From an uncultured bacterium (GTDB taxonomy: Bacteria; Chloroflexota; Limnocylindria; QHBO01), in contig CBFGTN010000006.1 of assembly GCA_965652075.1 (NCBI GenBank), positions 1 through 62,306 on the forward strand: DNA of 62,306 nt, written 5' to 3'. Below, in pieces: positions 7,474-17,575 of the stretch (position 1 is its first letter; each line of letters begins with the position of its first letter). Made by a program: the position numbers and the translations under genes. The notes below the pieces were generated by a model that saw only the letters and a program-made list of their open reading frames with translations, was not told the origin of the DNA and ran no database searches.

Positions 7474-9554
7474 CGAACGAGGCCTCGGCACCGCCCGGCT
7501 CGCCGCCGGGCGAGGATTCGGCGTGGGACACCGCGGTCTCGACCGAGTCGCCGTCCCACTTTCGCCCCGACATCGAGGGCCTTCGCGCCGTCGCGATCCT
7601 GGCGGTGCTCGCCTTCCACGCGCGGGTCCCCGGGATGGGCGGCGGGTTCGTGGGTGTCGACGTCTTCTTCGTCATCTCGGGCTATCTGATCACCGGCCTC
7701 CTGCTGCGCGAGGTATCGACAACCGGCCGCCTGGATCTGCCCGGGTTCTACGCGCGGCGAGTGCGGCGCCTGGTGCCGGCGGCGCTCGTCGTCATCGCCG
7801 TGACCGTCATCGCCTCCGCGTTCGTCCTCTCGCCGTTGCGCTTCCCGGGCATCGCGCTCGATGCGGCCGCCGCCGCCGCCTACATCTCGAACTATCGCTA
7901 CGCGCTGATCGCCACCGACTACTTCGCCGCCGACGTCCAGCCGTCTCCGCTCCTGCACTTCTGGTCGCTGGGCGTGGAGGAGCAGTTCTACCTCGTCTGG
8001 CCAGTCCTGCTGCTCGCGTCCGTCCGGCTCCTTCCGGTGCGGCGGGTCTGGATGGTGGTGGCGGCGGTCGCGGCTGCGTCGTTCGCCCTGTCGGTGTGGA
8101 TGACGGACGTCAATGCGCCGTGGGCGTTCTACTCGCTGCCCACCCGTGCGTGGCAGCTGGCGCTGGGTGGGCTCGTCGCGCTCGGGGTGCTGGCGATGCC
8201 CGCGAGGTGGCCGGATTGGCTCGGGGCGGCACTCGGCTGGAGCGGGCTGGGCCTGATCGCTGCGGCGGTGGTGTTCATCGACCCGTCGACGCCGTTCCCG
8301 GGGCTGAGCGCCCTGCTTCCCGCCGTCGGCGCGGCCCTGTTCATCATCGGCGGCGAGCGCCAGGTTGCCCGGCCCGCGCGACTCCTCGCCACGAGCGTCC
8401 CGCGCTGGTTCGGACGCGTCTCCTACTCGCTCTACCTCTGGCACTGGCCGATCCTGATCCTGGGGCCGATCGTCATCGGCTTGGGCACCCTGCCGGTGCG
8501 CCTTGCGCTTGCGGCCCTGTCGATCGGCGTGGCAGCGCTGAGCACCCGGTACATCGAGGGCCGGTTCCGGATCCGCGGCCCGTCGCGTGCCAGCCGGCGC
8601 ACGCTGGCCCTGGCGCTCGGGAGCTCGGCCGTGATCGCCATCGCGTCGGTTGCCGCGTCCGGCGAGCTGGTCCGGTCGAGTGACCAAGCGCCGCTGCCCA
8701 CCCTCGGCCCGGTGACCGCCGTCAGGCCGGCGCTGCCCAGCCCCGTGCTCGCCGGCCCGCTGCCGTCCGACCTCGTGCCGACGCTGATCGAAGCCCACCG
8801 TGACAACGGCGGCCTGATGGCGGAGGGCTGCGGCACGCCGACCGAGGAGACCGCGCTGCGCGACTGCGTCTACGGGGCCACGGCGGCGACGACGACGGTC
8901 GTGCTGTACGGGGACTCACACGCGGCGATGTGGCTCCCGGCGGTCACGAGCATCGCCGAGCAGGCGGGCTGGAAGGTCGTTCCCCTGATCAAACCGGGTT
9001 GCAGCCCGGTCGACGTGACCGTGTGGCGCCGCGAGCTCCAGCGGGCGTTTCGAGAGTGCGACACGTGGCGCGAGCTGGCGCTCGCCAGGATCGCCGAGCT
9101 GCGGCCATCCATGGTCATCGTTGGCTCGTCGCGCAACTACGACGTCGCCGGAACCGACGGCTCGATCGTCGAGTCCGGCAAGTGGCGGATGTGGCGCGAG
9201 GGCTTCACCCGCATGCTCGATGAGGTGCAGCAGGAGACCGACCGGGTCGTCCTCCTCGGGGAGACCCCGCACCATCCGAGCGACCCCCTCGAGTGCCTCG
9301 CGACGCGCGGCCTGATCGAGGAGTGCACCGTGCCGCGCGAGGAGCTCGTCAACGCGCGCTATCAGTCCATCGAGCGCGACGCGGCGCGCGAGTCGGGCGT
9401 CCAGCTCATCGAGCCGGTGGACTGGCTGTGCCAGCGGACCACCTGCGCGCTCGTGTTCGACTCGTACCTCGTCTACCGCAACCCAGGCCACCTGACGGCG
9501 ACGATCGTCGCCGTCCTCGCGCCGCAGCTGCGATGGGAGATCGATCACCCGTGA
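7470..9554 (+). CDS. Acyltransferase-3 plus SGNH domain O-acyltransferase (OafA/OatA-like)
   Basis: FRPDIEGLRAVA, GVDVFFVISGYLIT, HFWSLGVEEQFY, SYSLYLWHWP; SGNH block GDSHA. Confidence 0.93.
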   Translation: MTNEASAPPGSPPGEDSAWDTAVSTESPSHFRPDIEGLRAVAILAVLAFHARVPGMGGGFVGVDVFFVISGYLITGLLLREVSTTGRLDLPGFYARRVRRLVPAALVVIAVTVIASAFVLSPLRFPGIALDAAAAAAYISNYRYALIATDYFAADVQPSPLLHFWSLGVEEQFYLVWPVLLLASVRLLPVRRVWMVVAAVAAASFALSVWMTDVNAPWAFYSLPTRAWQLALGGLVALGVLAMPARWPDWLGAALGWSGLGLIAAAVVFIDPSTPFPGLSALLPAVGAALFIIGGERQVARPARLLATSVPRWFGRVSYSLYLWHWPILILGPIVIGLGTLPVRLALAALSIGVAALSTRYIEGRFRIRGPSRASRRTLALALGSSAVIAIASVAASGELVRSSDQAPLPTLGPVTAVRPALPSPVLAGPLPSDLVPTLIEAHRDNGGLMAEGCGTPTEETALRDCVYGATAATTTVVLYGDSHAAMWLPAVTSIAEQAGWKVVPLIKPGCSPVDVTVWRRELQRAFRECDTWRELALARIAELRPSMVIVGSSRNYDVAGTDGSIVESGKWRMWREGFTRMLDEVQQETDRVVLLGETPHHPSDPLECLATRGLIEECTVPREELVNARYQSIERDAARESGVQLIEPVDWLCQRTTCALVFDSYLVYRNPGHLTATIVAVLAPQLRWEIDHP

Positions 9555-9621
9555 TGCCGCCGCGGCCGCGCGAGCAGGCGGACGGGGAGGTCGCCGCGGC
9601 GCGCGCCCGGGAGGAGGGGCC

Positions 9622-12600
9622 CTAGGCGCGCTGCTCCGCGGGTCGTGCCGGCACCGGCTCCGTTCGCGCAACCGCGCCGGGGGACGGTCGTTGTTCGAGT
9701 GCCTCCAGCCTCCGCAGGAACGGTTCGGCCTGGAGCTCCAGGAGGATCATCCTCGCCTCGTCCGCGGCGGCCGTTGCGGCAGGGCCGGCGCTGCCGAGCG
9801 TCGCGAGCAGGTCGAGATGGCACAACGCAAGGTCGAACCGCAGGCCGAGCTCGCGCCATTGTCGAGCGGCGTCCCTGAACGCGCCCGTGGCCTCGGCGGT
9901 CCTGCCCTCGAGGCCGGCGATCACTGCTCCCATCGTTCGCCGGCTTGCCTCCAGTGCCGGTCCGTGCACGCCGCCCCGTTCAAACACACTGAGCGCGCTT
10001 CGCGCGCCCTCGACATCCCCCTGCCAGGCTGCGGCGTGCCCGGCAAGCGATGTCGCGACCCCCACGACCGTGACGCTGGCCTCAGCCGCCCGCATGCCGC
10101 GATCGAATGCCTGGGCGTCACGCCCCGCGACGAGGTCCTGCATGCCCTGCACGGCGCCAAGCACGCCGATCTGCGACGGGTCGGAGAGGGCGCGCGCGAG
10201 CTCGTCGAGCTCGGCGATCGTCGACGACACATCGACTCCTCGGCAGGCGCGAATGATCGGCGTGTCCGTGAGGCTCAACAGGTCCGCAGGCTCGAGGTCG
10301 AGCGCACGAAGCTCCGCCTCGCGCTCGAGCGCCCAGTCCCAGTCGCCGGTCCGAGTCGCGCAGGCGATCGCGTTGTTCGTCAGCAGCACATACCACGGCC
10401 GGTTGCCCATCCGGCGCGCGATGTCGATCCCGGCTCGCGCTACCTTCAGGCCTCGCCGCGGGTCCGTGATCCACATCGAGTTGCTCAGGTTCAGGTGCGC
10501 TCGCATCTGACTGGCGGGAAGGTCGTTCTCCTCCGCGAAGCTCAAGGCGCCGGCCAGGAGGGCCTCGGCCTCGCGCATCCGGCCCATGCTGCCCATCGCC
10601 GTGGCCTTCGTGATGAGGCCCTCGGCGATGATGGGCACCATGTCCATGCGCTCCGCTCCCTCGAGTGCCCGATCGGCCCACTCGACCGCGCGCGCGTTGT
10701 CTTCGGCGCGCATGTATGCCTGCGCCAACCGTGCCTGGAGGACGACGACGGCCGGATCGGAGCCGATGTCGCCGAGGACCTCGAGCGCTTCCCTCACCTC
10801 CGCAAGGCCCTGGTCGATCATGCCGCCCTGCAGGAGGAGCTCGCCGATCCTCGCCGAAGCTCGTGCCGCGGCGGCGTTATCGCCGATCCGCCGCGCGAGC
10901 TCGACGGACTCCCTGAGGTGCGCCTGGCTGGCCTCGTAGCGCCCAGCCGCCTGCGCCGCGATCCCCGCGCGATCCAGGAGCTCGACGCGATCGGATGCGT
11001 CGGGCGTGACCTCGAGGGCCTGGTCGAGGAACGCCAACGCCTGGTCGTGTGAGTGGAGCGCTGCCGCTCGCTCGGCGGCAGCACGAAGTGCGATGCGGGC
11101 CTGGGTCGCGACTGCGGCACCCTCCTCGCCCTCGGGACTCGCTCGATAGGCGTCCAGGTAGTGCGTGGCAAGGACGCCAGCAATCTCGTCGTCATCGAGG
11201 CTCTCGAAGTACCGCGCCGCGGCGAGATGTCGCGTCCGGCGGTCACGGCGCGAGAGGGTCCCGTACGCGACCTCCCGGATGAGCCGATGGACGAAGCTGT
11301 ACTGCCCCCGCTCAGGGGACCGCGGATCGACGTTGAGCTCGAGGAACTCGCGCCGCACGAGATCGCGCAGCTGGGGCTCCAGCGTCTCGGGATCCTGCCC
11401 CGACACGGCGGCGACGCCGACGAGCGTGAAGCTCAAGCCCAGCACGGCCGCCTCCTGGACGAGCGCTCGCTCGGCCGGATCAAGGCTGTCGAGGCGGGCC
11501 GCGATCAGCGCCTGGAGCGACTCGGGGATCTCCAGGTGCGATAGGTCGCCGACCGGTCGGTACGCACCCTCCTCGGCCGCCAGGCGACCCTCATGCAGCA
11601 GCATTCGGACGGTCTCGACCGCGTAGAGCGGGACCCCATCGGCTCGCTCGAGGATCAGGCGGACGGCGGCATCCGGCAGGCCCGGGACGAGGCCGTCGAG
11701 GCCCTCGGACATCACCTCGTCGCTGAGCGGCTCGAGCGAGAGCGAGACGGAGTTCCGACGCCCGGCTCCCCAGTCCGGCCGGCGCTCGAGCAGGTCGGGC
11801 CGCGCGAGCGTCACGATGAGGATCGGGTGCGAGCGGCTCCATTCGAGGACGTGGTCGATGAAGTCGAGCAGGCCCGGATCGGCCCACTGGAGGTCCTCGA
11901 AGAGGAGGATCGTCGGGCCAAGCTCCGCGACGCGCTCGAAGAATGTGCGCCACGCCGCGAAGAGCTCCTCTCGCTCGCCAGCGCGTCCCTCTTCGAGCCC
12001 GAGAAGCTGCAGCAGGCGCGGCTCGATCCAGCGTCGTTCCTCAGCGTCGGCGACGTACTCCGCGACCGTGGCGGCGATCCGCTCGCGCGTCGTCGCTGCG
12101 TCGTCGGACTCGGCGAGGCCTGCGCGCTTGCGGACCATCTCGCCGAGCGCCCAGAACGTGATGCCCTCGCCGTACGCGGGCGATCGCCCCTGGTGCCAGT
12201 AGATGTCCTCGACGACGCCGTCGATGTACTTGTGGAACTCCCAGCCGAGCCGGCTCTTGCCGATCCCGGCGACCCCGACGAACGACACGAGCCGCGCGCG
12301 CCGCTCGCGCGCGGTCGCGTGGAGCAGCTCCTTGAGGATGCGCATCTCGGCGTCGCGTCCGACGAAGGGCGGCTCGAGCGCCTCGCTGCGGTTCGCACCG
12401 CCGCGCATGGCGACGACGCGATCGGCGCGCCAGGCGCTGACGGGCAGCTCCTTGCCCTTGAGGATCCTTTCGCCCGCCGGTTCGAAGGTGATCGCGACCG
12501 ATGCGGCGCGCATCGTCCCCTCGTCGACCAGCAGGCTTCCCGGTGGCGCCGCGGACTGGAGCCGTGAGGCGGTGTTCACCATGTCGCCTGCGACCATGCC

Positions 12601-13164
12601 CTGGCCGGTCGCGCCGATCGTCACGGCGGCCTCCCCGGTCGTCACGCCGGCGCGCAGCTGGAGGTCAGGCGAGTCGACCTGGGTGCCGAGCTGGCGGACG
12701 GCGAGGATCAGCTCGAGCCCGGCGCGGACCGCGCGCTCGGCATCGTCTTCGTGAGCCGTGGGTGTGCCGAAGGCCGCCATGACGGCGTCCCCGATGAACT
12801 TCTCGACGACGCCGCCGTATCGCTCAATGATCTCGCGCGCCACCTCGAAGTAGCGGGTGAGGAGCTCCCGAACGTCCTCCGCATCACGCGTCTCGGAGAG
12901 GGTCGTGAAGCCCACGAGGTCGGCGAACAGGACCGAGACGAGCCGCCGTTCGGAGACCCGTGAGGCAGATTCGCCGGTGGGCGTTTCAGCGGTCGCGGGC
13001 TCGGCCTTCGGCTCGGCAAGTGACGCGCCGCACTCGCCACAGAAGAGGTCGCCGGCGGCCGCCGGCGTGCCGCACGCGATGCAGCTCAACGCGAGGCGTG
13101 TGCCACAGTGGGAGCAGAACTTCCGGCTGGCGTCATTCGCCGATCCACAGTTGGGGCACGACAT
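9622..13164 (-). CDS. Double-zinc-ribbon, class III adenylate/guanylate cyclase, AAA(STAND) ATPase and TPR protein
   Basis: Start MSCPNCG; CxxC pairs; VLFADLVGFT, EKFIGDAVMA, GDMVNTASRLQ; Walker A GVAGIGKS; EDLQWAD; TPR-like helical C-terminus. Confidence 0.93.
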   Translation of the reverse strand: MSCPNCGSANDASRKFCSHCGTRLALSCIACGTPAAAGDLFCGECGASLAEPKAEPATAETPTGESASRVSERRLVSVLFADLVGFTTLSETRDAEDVRELLTRYFEVAREIIERYGGVVEKFIGDAVMAAFGTPTAHEDDAERAVRAGLELILAVRQLGTQVDSPDLQLRAGVTTGEAAVTIGATGQGMVAGDMVNTASRLQSAAPPGSLLVDEGTMRAASVAITFEPAGERILKGKELPVSAWRADRVVAMRGGANRSEALEPPFVGRDAEMRILKELLHATARERRARLVSFVGVAGIGKSRLGWEFHKYIDGVVEDIYWHQGRSPAYGEGITFWALGEMVRKRAGLAESDDAATTRERIAATVAEYVADAEERRWIEPRLLQLLGLEEGRAGEREELFAAWRTFFERVAELGPTILLFEDLQWADPGLLDFIDHVLEWSRSHPILIVTLARPDLLERRPDWGAGRRNSVSLSLEPLSDEVMSEGLDGLVPGLPDAAVRLILERADGVPLYAVETVRMLLHEGRLAAEEGAYRPVGDLSHLEIPESLQALIAARLDSLDPAERALVQEAAVLGLSFTLVGVAAVSGQDPETLEPQLRDLVRREFLELNVDPRSPERGQYSFVHRLIREVAYGTLSRRDRRTRHLAAARYFESLDDDEIAGVLATHYLDAYRASPEGEEGAAVATQARIALRAAAERAAALHSHDQALAFLDQALEVTPDASDRVELLDRAGIAAQAAGRYEASQAHLRESVELARRIGDNAAAARASARIGELLLQGGMIDQGLAEVREALEVLGDIGSDPAVVVLQARLAQAYMRAEDNARAVEWADRALEGAERMDMVPIIAEGLITKATAMGSMGRMREAEALLAGALSFAEENDLPASQMRAHLNLSNSMWITDPRRGLKVARAGIDIARRMGNRPWYVLLTNNAIACATRTGDWDWALEREAELRALDLEPADLLSLTDTPIIRACRGVDVSSTIAELDELARALSDPSQIGVLGAVQGMQDLVAGRDAQAFDRGMRAAEASVTVVGVATSLAGHAAAWQGDVEGARSALSVFERGGVHGPALEASRRTMGAVIAGLEGRTAEATGAFRDAARQWRELGLRFDLALCHLDLLATLGSAGPAATAAADEARMILLELQAEPFLRRLEALEQRPSPGAVARTEPVPARPAEQRA

Positions 13165-13239
13165 GTCGCATGCTCGGGTACGGGGTGGGACCTGTGGCGC
13201 GCAATGTACCCGATCCCGTGAATCGGACACACTGCGGGC

Positions 13240-14160
13240 ATGCCGGAGCTTCCAGAGGTCGAGACTGTCGCGCGCGACCTGCAGCGCGCGGTCGCCGGCG
13301 CCACGATCACGGATGCGACCGTGACGTGGGACCGAACGATCCGCCACCCGCAGCCACCGGAGCGATTCGCGGCGGAGATCGCCGGGGCCACGATCCGTCG
13401 GGTCGGCCGCCGCGCGAAGACGGTCCTCGTGCACTTCGAGGACGGCAGGGTCATGACCGTGGCGCTGCGGATGACGGGCTCGCTCCTGGTGCTGCCGAAT
13501 GGCGCGGCCCCCGATCCGTACGTCCGGGTCGCCTTCGACCTCGCCGACGGCCGCGAGCTGCGCTACCGCGACGTCCGGAAGTTCGGACGGATCGGGCTCT
13601 GGCCTGGCGGCGGCCTCCGGAGCGTCGGCGGCGGCAGGGGGTCGCGCTCGAAGCGCGTCGCGGAGGGCGCGGGCAGGTTCCGGATCGGTGAGGTCTTCAG
13701 CGGCCATGGCCCGGAGCCGCTGAGCTCCAGCTTCACCGTCGCGCGTCTGAAGGAGCGACTCGCGCGTCGGAGCGCGAAGCTGAAGACGCTGCTGCTTGAC
13801 CAGTCGTTCATCGCGGGGGTCGGGAACATCTACGCCGACGAGGCGCTGTGGCGAGCGCGGCTCCATCCGCTGCGCGCCGCCGACACCCTGACCGACGCGG
13901 AGGTGCGGCGGCTGCATCGGTCCATGCGCACGGTCCTGCGCCAGGGGATCGCGAACCGGGGCAGCAGCTTCAGCGACTACGTCAGCACCGATGGGCAGCC
14001 CGGCGAGAACGCCGAGCGGCTCATGGTCTACCGGCGCACCGACGAGCCGTGCTACCGCTGCGGGAGGCCGATCCGGCGGATCGTCGTGGCACAGCGAAGC
14101 ACGCACTTCTGCCCGCGATGCCAGCCGGAGCTCGAGCCGGTAGGATCGGCCGGGCCATGA
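13240..14160 (+). CDS. mutM: Formamidopyrimidine-DNA glycosylase (Fpg)
   Basis: MPELPEVET, LLDQSFIAGVGNIYADEAL, C-terminal zinc finger CYRC...RSTHFCPRCQ. Confidence 0.97.
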   Translation: MPELPEVETVARDLQRAVAGATITDATVTWDRTIRHPQPPERFAAEIAGATIRRVGRRAKTVLVHFEDGRVMTVALRMTGSLLVLPNGAAPDPYVRVAFDLADGRELRYRDVRKFGRIGLWPGGGLRSVGGGRGSRSKRVAEGAGRFRIGEVFSGHGPEPLSSSFTVARLKERLARRSAKLKTLLLDQSFIAGVGNIYADEALWRARLHPLRAADTLTDAEVRRLHRSMRTVLRQGIANRGSSFSDYVSTDGQPGENAERLMVYRRTDEPCYRCGRPIRRIVVAQRSTHFCPRCQPELEPVGSAGP

Positions 14161-14729
14161 AGGTGATCGGCCTGACCGGCAACATCGGCTGCGGCAAGAG
14201 CACGGTGGCCGGGATGCTGCGCGACAACGGGGTGGCGACCGTCGACGCCGATGCGGTCGCCCGCGAGATCCGCCACAACGACGCCGAGGCGCGGGCCGAG
14301 ATCCAGCGTCGCTTCGGGACCTACGAGGCGGCCGAGCTGGCGGAGGTGGTCTTCTCCGACCCGAACGCGCTGCGCGATCTCGAGGCGATCCTCCATCCAC
14401 GCGTTCGCGGCGCGATCCGGGCGCGGCTCGCCGAGCTCGCGCAGGGCGGTGTGGCGGTCGCGGCGGTCGAGGTCATCAAGCTCCTCGAGTCACCGCTCGC
14501 CGACGGCTGCGACCAGGTCTGGGTCGTGCGCTGCGACGAGGGTGACGCGATCGCCCGCCTCGCGGCGTCGCGCGGGATGGACGAGGCGACCGCGCGGTCG
14601 CGGCTCGCCAGCCAGTCCCCGCAGGAGGAGAAGGTCGCCGCCGCCGACGTCGTGATCGACGGGTCGGCGCCGGTGGAGGAGACGCGTCGCCAGGTGGAGC
14701 GCGCCCTGGCGACGCTGACCTCCGGCTAG
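14157..14729 (+). CDS. coaE: Dephospho-CoA kinase
   Basis: ATGA overlap; MKVIGLTGNIGCGKSTV, VDADAVAR, LEAILHPRV. Confidence 0.95.
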   Translation: MKVIGLTGNIGCGKSTVAGMLRDNGVATVDADAVAREIRHNDAEARAEIQRRFGTYEAAELAEVVFSDPNALRDLEAILHPRVRGAIRARLAELAQGGVAVAAVEVIKLLESPLADGCDQVWVVRCDEGDAIARLAASRGMDEATARSRLASQSPQEEKVAAADVVIDGSAPVEETRRQVERALATLTSG

Positions 14730-15565
14730 CCTCCGGTCTCGGCGTCGGCCGACTGCGACGGCCCGGGGACCACGAACGGTCGCGGGACCGGGAACCCGAA
14801 CTCCTCGACCAGCTGGTCGACGGTCGAGCCGTCGGTGTCCGCCGTCCGCTCGTCCTCGGCCGGGCGCAGCGCCATCGTGAACGTCCCGCCGACCGCCACG
14901 AGCTCCGCGATCTTCTCGGCGGTCTCGAGATCGGCGCGCACGATGTAGACCGGGCCGGTCCGAGCCAGCAGGGTGATCGACTGCAGCGTGACCTTCGTGG
15001 ATGGGCCGGGGATCACGGTCGCGGCCTGCTCCTCTGCGCCCTCCTCGGTCTGGCCGACCTCGGGGTTCAGCGGCATCGTGACGATGAGGTCGACCATCTG
15101 GCCCGGGACGAGCGTGCCGCCGACCGCGTTCGCGTCGGTCACCGTCAGGCTGACGGCACGCCAGTCCGGTCCGTTCGGGTCGTACTCGGTCCCGGCATCG
15201 AGGATCGAGAACGCCTGCCCCTCGGTCGTCGAGGCCAGGACGTTGCGGGTGAGAAGCTGGCCGGCCGCGACCTGGATGCCGACGACGCGGCCCAGGACCT
15301 CGTCGAGGCTCCGGAACGCGGTGTCGTTCGTGGCGTCCGCCGCCACGTTCCGGACGGCGACGTCGCCCTCCTCGATCGCCTTGCGGGCCGGGATGTCGCG
15401 GGTGGCGACGACGACGGGTCGCATCTCGACCGTGGTGTCGGTCGTCAGGCCGCTGGCCTGCAGCGCGACGTAGACCGTGCCGGCCACGAGGACGGCGGCC
15501 ACGAGGCCGACCGCGATGTACACCTTCGAACGGCGGCTGTTCCTGTCTGAGTACTCGAGTTCCAC
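14726..15565 (-). CDS. cpaB: Flp/Tad pilus assembly protein CpaB/RcpC (SAF domain)
   Basis: N-terminal TM, VVVATRDIPARKAI (SAF), RAVSLTV..AVGGTLVPGQMVDLIVT. Confidence 0.85.
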   Translation of the reverse strand: MELEYSDRNSRRSKVYIAVGLVAAVLVAGTVYVALQASGLTTDTTVEMRPVVVATRDIPARKAIEEGDVAVRNVAADATNDTAFRSLDEVLGRVVGIQVAAGQLLTRNVLASTTEGQAFSILDAGTEYDPNGPDWRAVSLTVTDANAVGGTLVPGQMVDLIVTMPLNPEVGQTEEGAEEQAATVIPGPSTKVTLQSITLLARTGPVYIVRADLETAEKIAELVAVGGTFTMALRPAEDERTADTDGSTVDQLVEEFGFPVPRPFVVPGPSQSADAETGG

Positions 15566-15598
15566 GGGGCGTGCGCTCCTAACGGGTTGCTGTCGGGG

Positions 15599-17575
15599 TC
15601 AGGACCACGGCACCAGCCGAGCGCGCTGCGCTCGCCGGAGGGTCGGGTCGTTCGGGTCGGCCGAGATGCCGGTGACGGCGTGGCCGACGATGTCGTTCGA
15701 GCTGACGGAGTCGATCTGGAAGACGGCGAAGCCGATGATGTCGACGTACTGGCCACTCGCCGCAGTCGTTGCGACGGTGAAGCGGACGGTCTCGATGTGG
15801 GCGACGGGCTGGCCGTCGCTGTTGATGCCGTACCCGCGAATGTTGAACAGGTAGCAGCCCTGGGCCAGGCCTGCGGTGTTGATCGTCAGGGTGGCGGCGG
15901 TGCCCGTCCCCGTCGACGGCGCCACCGAGCTCGAGCTGAAGCCGATTGTCGCCATGCCAAGCGGCGTCGGCGTCAGGCTGCACGTGGTGAGCGAGCTGGT
16001 GTCCCAGCTCAGCGCGACCGTCGTCTCGGCAGCGGGTCCGCTGCCCCAGTTCGACGTGCTGCTGCCGGTCGACACGCGCAGCGGCAGCGTGATCGTGCCG
16101 CCGACGGTCGCGGTCGAGCCGTCGAGGACGGAGTTGTCGAGGCTGAAGTCGCGGGTCGCCTTCACGTCGGCAGCGTCGCTGTAGTCGCCGTCGTTATTCC
16201 CATCGGTCTGGACCCGGACGGCGACCGGGACGTGGCGGCGCTGGTAATACGGGTCGCCGGACTCGCCCTCGATCCAGACGGTGTAGATCCCCGGCGGGAC
16301 GGCGTTCGACTGGAAGTCGTTCATGTTCACGACCGTCCCGTTCTTGTCGGGCTCGAAGACGTTCGTCGACCAGGTCGGTTCGGAGATGTCTCCCGCCGCC
16401 GGCGGCGTCACCGACGGATCCGGCAGGATGTCGAGCTCGGGATGCCCGAGGGCCGTCGCCCCGGCGTCTCCGATCAGCGACAGCGTGACGGTGCTGTGGA
16501 AGTCGGCATTGCGGGAGATCGTCGTCGTCGGGCCGTCGTACGCGGAGACGGTGGTGGACGGCAGAGAGATCTCTGCCGGAGGGCTGATCGTGAAGTCCGG
16601 GATCTCCATGACCGTGCTGTCGTAGACGGCGAGCATCACTCGGTCACCGGCTCGGAACGTATCGTCGAAGAGGTGCGGCACGAACGAGGTGTCGTTCCCC
16701 GACAGCACCCCGACCTGCGTTGCGCCGGTCGGCGGCGTGGAGACGGGCGGGATCTGCGGGCCCTTGTAGCCGGTGACGAGATACGCGCCCTGCATGTCCT
16801 TGAGCGTGTTCTGCGTCGTCCCGGCGGTCACACCGTTGTAATAGGCCCGGCTGTCGATGCTCTCGAAGTTGCGGACGTCGAGCGCGACGAAGCCCCGGAA
16901 GCTCGACTCGTTATGGGCCTTGCTGTTCGGTCCGTAGATCGTGAACTGCGGGCCGGGCGCCGCTTCGTTGGCCGGGACCCGCACGTCGTACCCGCGCGGA
17001 TTCGTCGTGTCGATGGCGCCCGACGTGCTCGTCGCCACGGTCGCCAGGTGGTCGACGAAGCCGGTCCCGGGCCCAGGCGGGTTCGCATAGCGCCGCGCGA
17101 CGATCGGCACGGCAGGTCCGCCCTGGAGGTCGCAGCGGGCGCGAGCTCCGGTGTCGAGCGACGCGACGCCGACGACCTGCGCGAGCACGGTGCCGACGGT
17201 GGCGGAAATCGCGACGCGGACCGTCGTGCCGGCGATGACGATCCCGCTCGCCAGCTCGTCCGCATCGATCGCGCCGCTGCCGTCGAAGTCGGAGTACGAC
17301 GCGGGCGAGGCGATCGTCGCGGTGGACGCCGATGGCGAGTCCTGCAGGTTCGTCAATGCCACCTGCCGGGCGATCGTCTCGGCATTCGTGTCCGTCTCGC
17401 CGGCGATGAGCGCGCGGCATGCGGCCAGGGCGGCCGCATCGGCCGCCGTCTGCGCGTAGCGCCGCTCGGCGACGACCCGGCCCACGTCGATCGCGACGCC
17501 GGCGAAGCCGAGGGCAACGATCAGGAGGATCGTGAAGATGACGAGTGTCTGCCCATGCGGCGACGACCGGCGCAT
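15599..17575 (-). CDS. TadG-like pilus tip adhesin/minor pilin
   Basis: HGQTLVIFTILLIVALGFAGVAIDVGR..AQTAADAAALAA (Tad N-terminus); long Thr/Ser-rich beta region. Confidence 0.85.
   Translation of the reverse strand: MRRSSPHGQTLVIFTILLIVALGFAGVAIDVGRVVAERRYAQTAADAAALAACRALIAGETDTNAETIARQVALTNLQDSPSASTATIASPASYSDFDGSGAIDADELASGIVIAGTTVRVAISATVGTVLAQVVGVASLDTGARARCDLQGGPAVPIVARRYANPPGPGTGFVDHLATVATSTSGAIDTTNPRGYDVRVPANEAAPGPQFTIYGPNSKAHNESSFRGFVALDVRNFESIDSRAYYNGVTAGTTQNTLKDMQGAYLVTGYKGPQIPPVSTPPTGATQVGVLSGNDTSFVPHLFDDTFRAGDRVMLAVYDSTVMEIPDFTISPPAEISLPSTTVSAYDGPTTTISRNADFHSTVTLSLIGDAGATALGHPELDILPDPSVTPPAAGDISEPTWSTNVFEPDKNGTVVNMNDFQSNAVPPGIYTVWIEGESGDPYYQRRHVPVAVRVQTDGNNDGDYSDAADVKATRDFSLDNSVLDGSTATVGGTITLPLRVSTGSSTSNWGSGPAAETTVALSWDTSSLTTCSLTPTPLGMATIGFSSSSVAPSTGTGTAATLTINTAGLAQGCYLFNIRGYGINSDGQPVAHIETVRFTVATTAASGQYVDIIGFAVFQIDSVSSNDIVGHAVTGISADPNDPTLRRAQRARLVPWS

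Noticed and set aside
13165-14400. Apparent 1592-aa cyclase ORF extending antisense across mutM and coaE
   Set aside because: The extension is an Arg/Pro-rich shadow frame; the real start is the MSCPNC zinc ribbon at 13164
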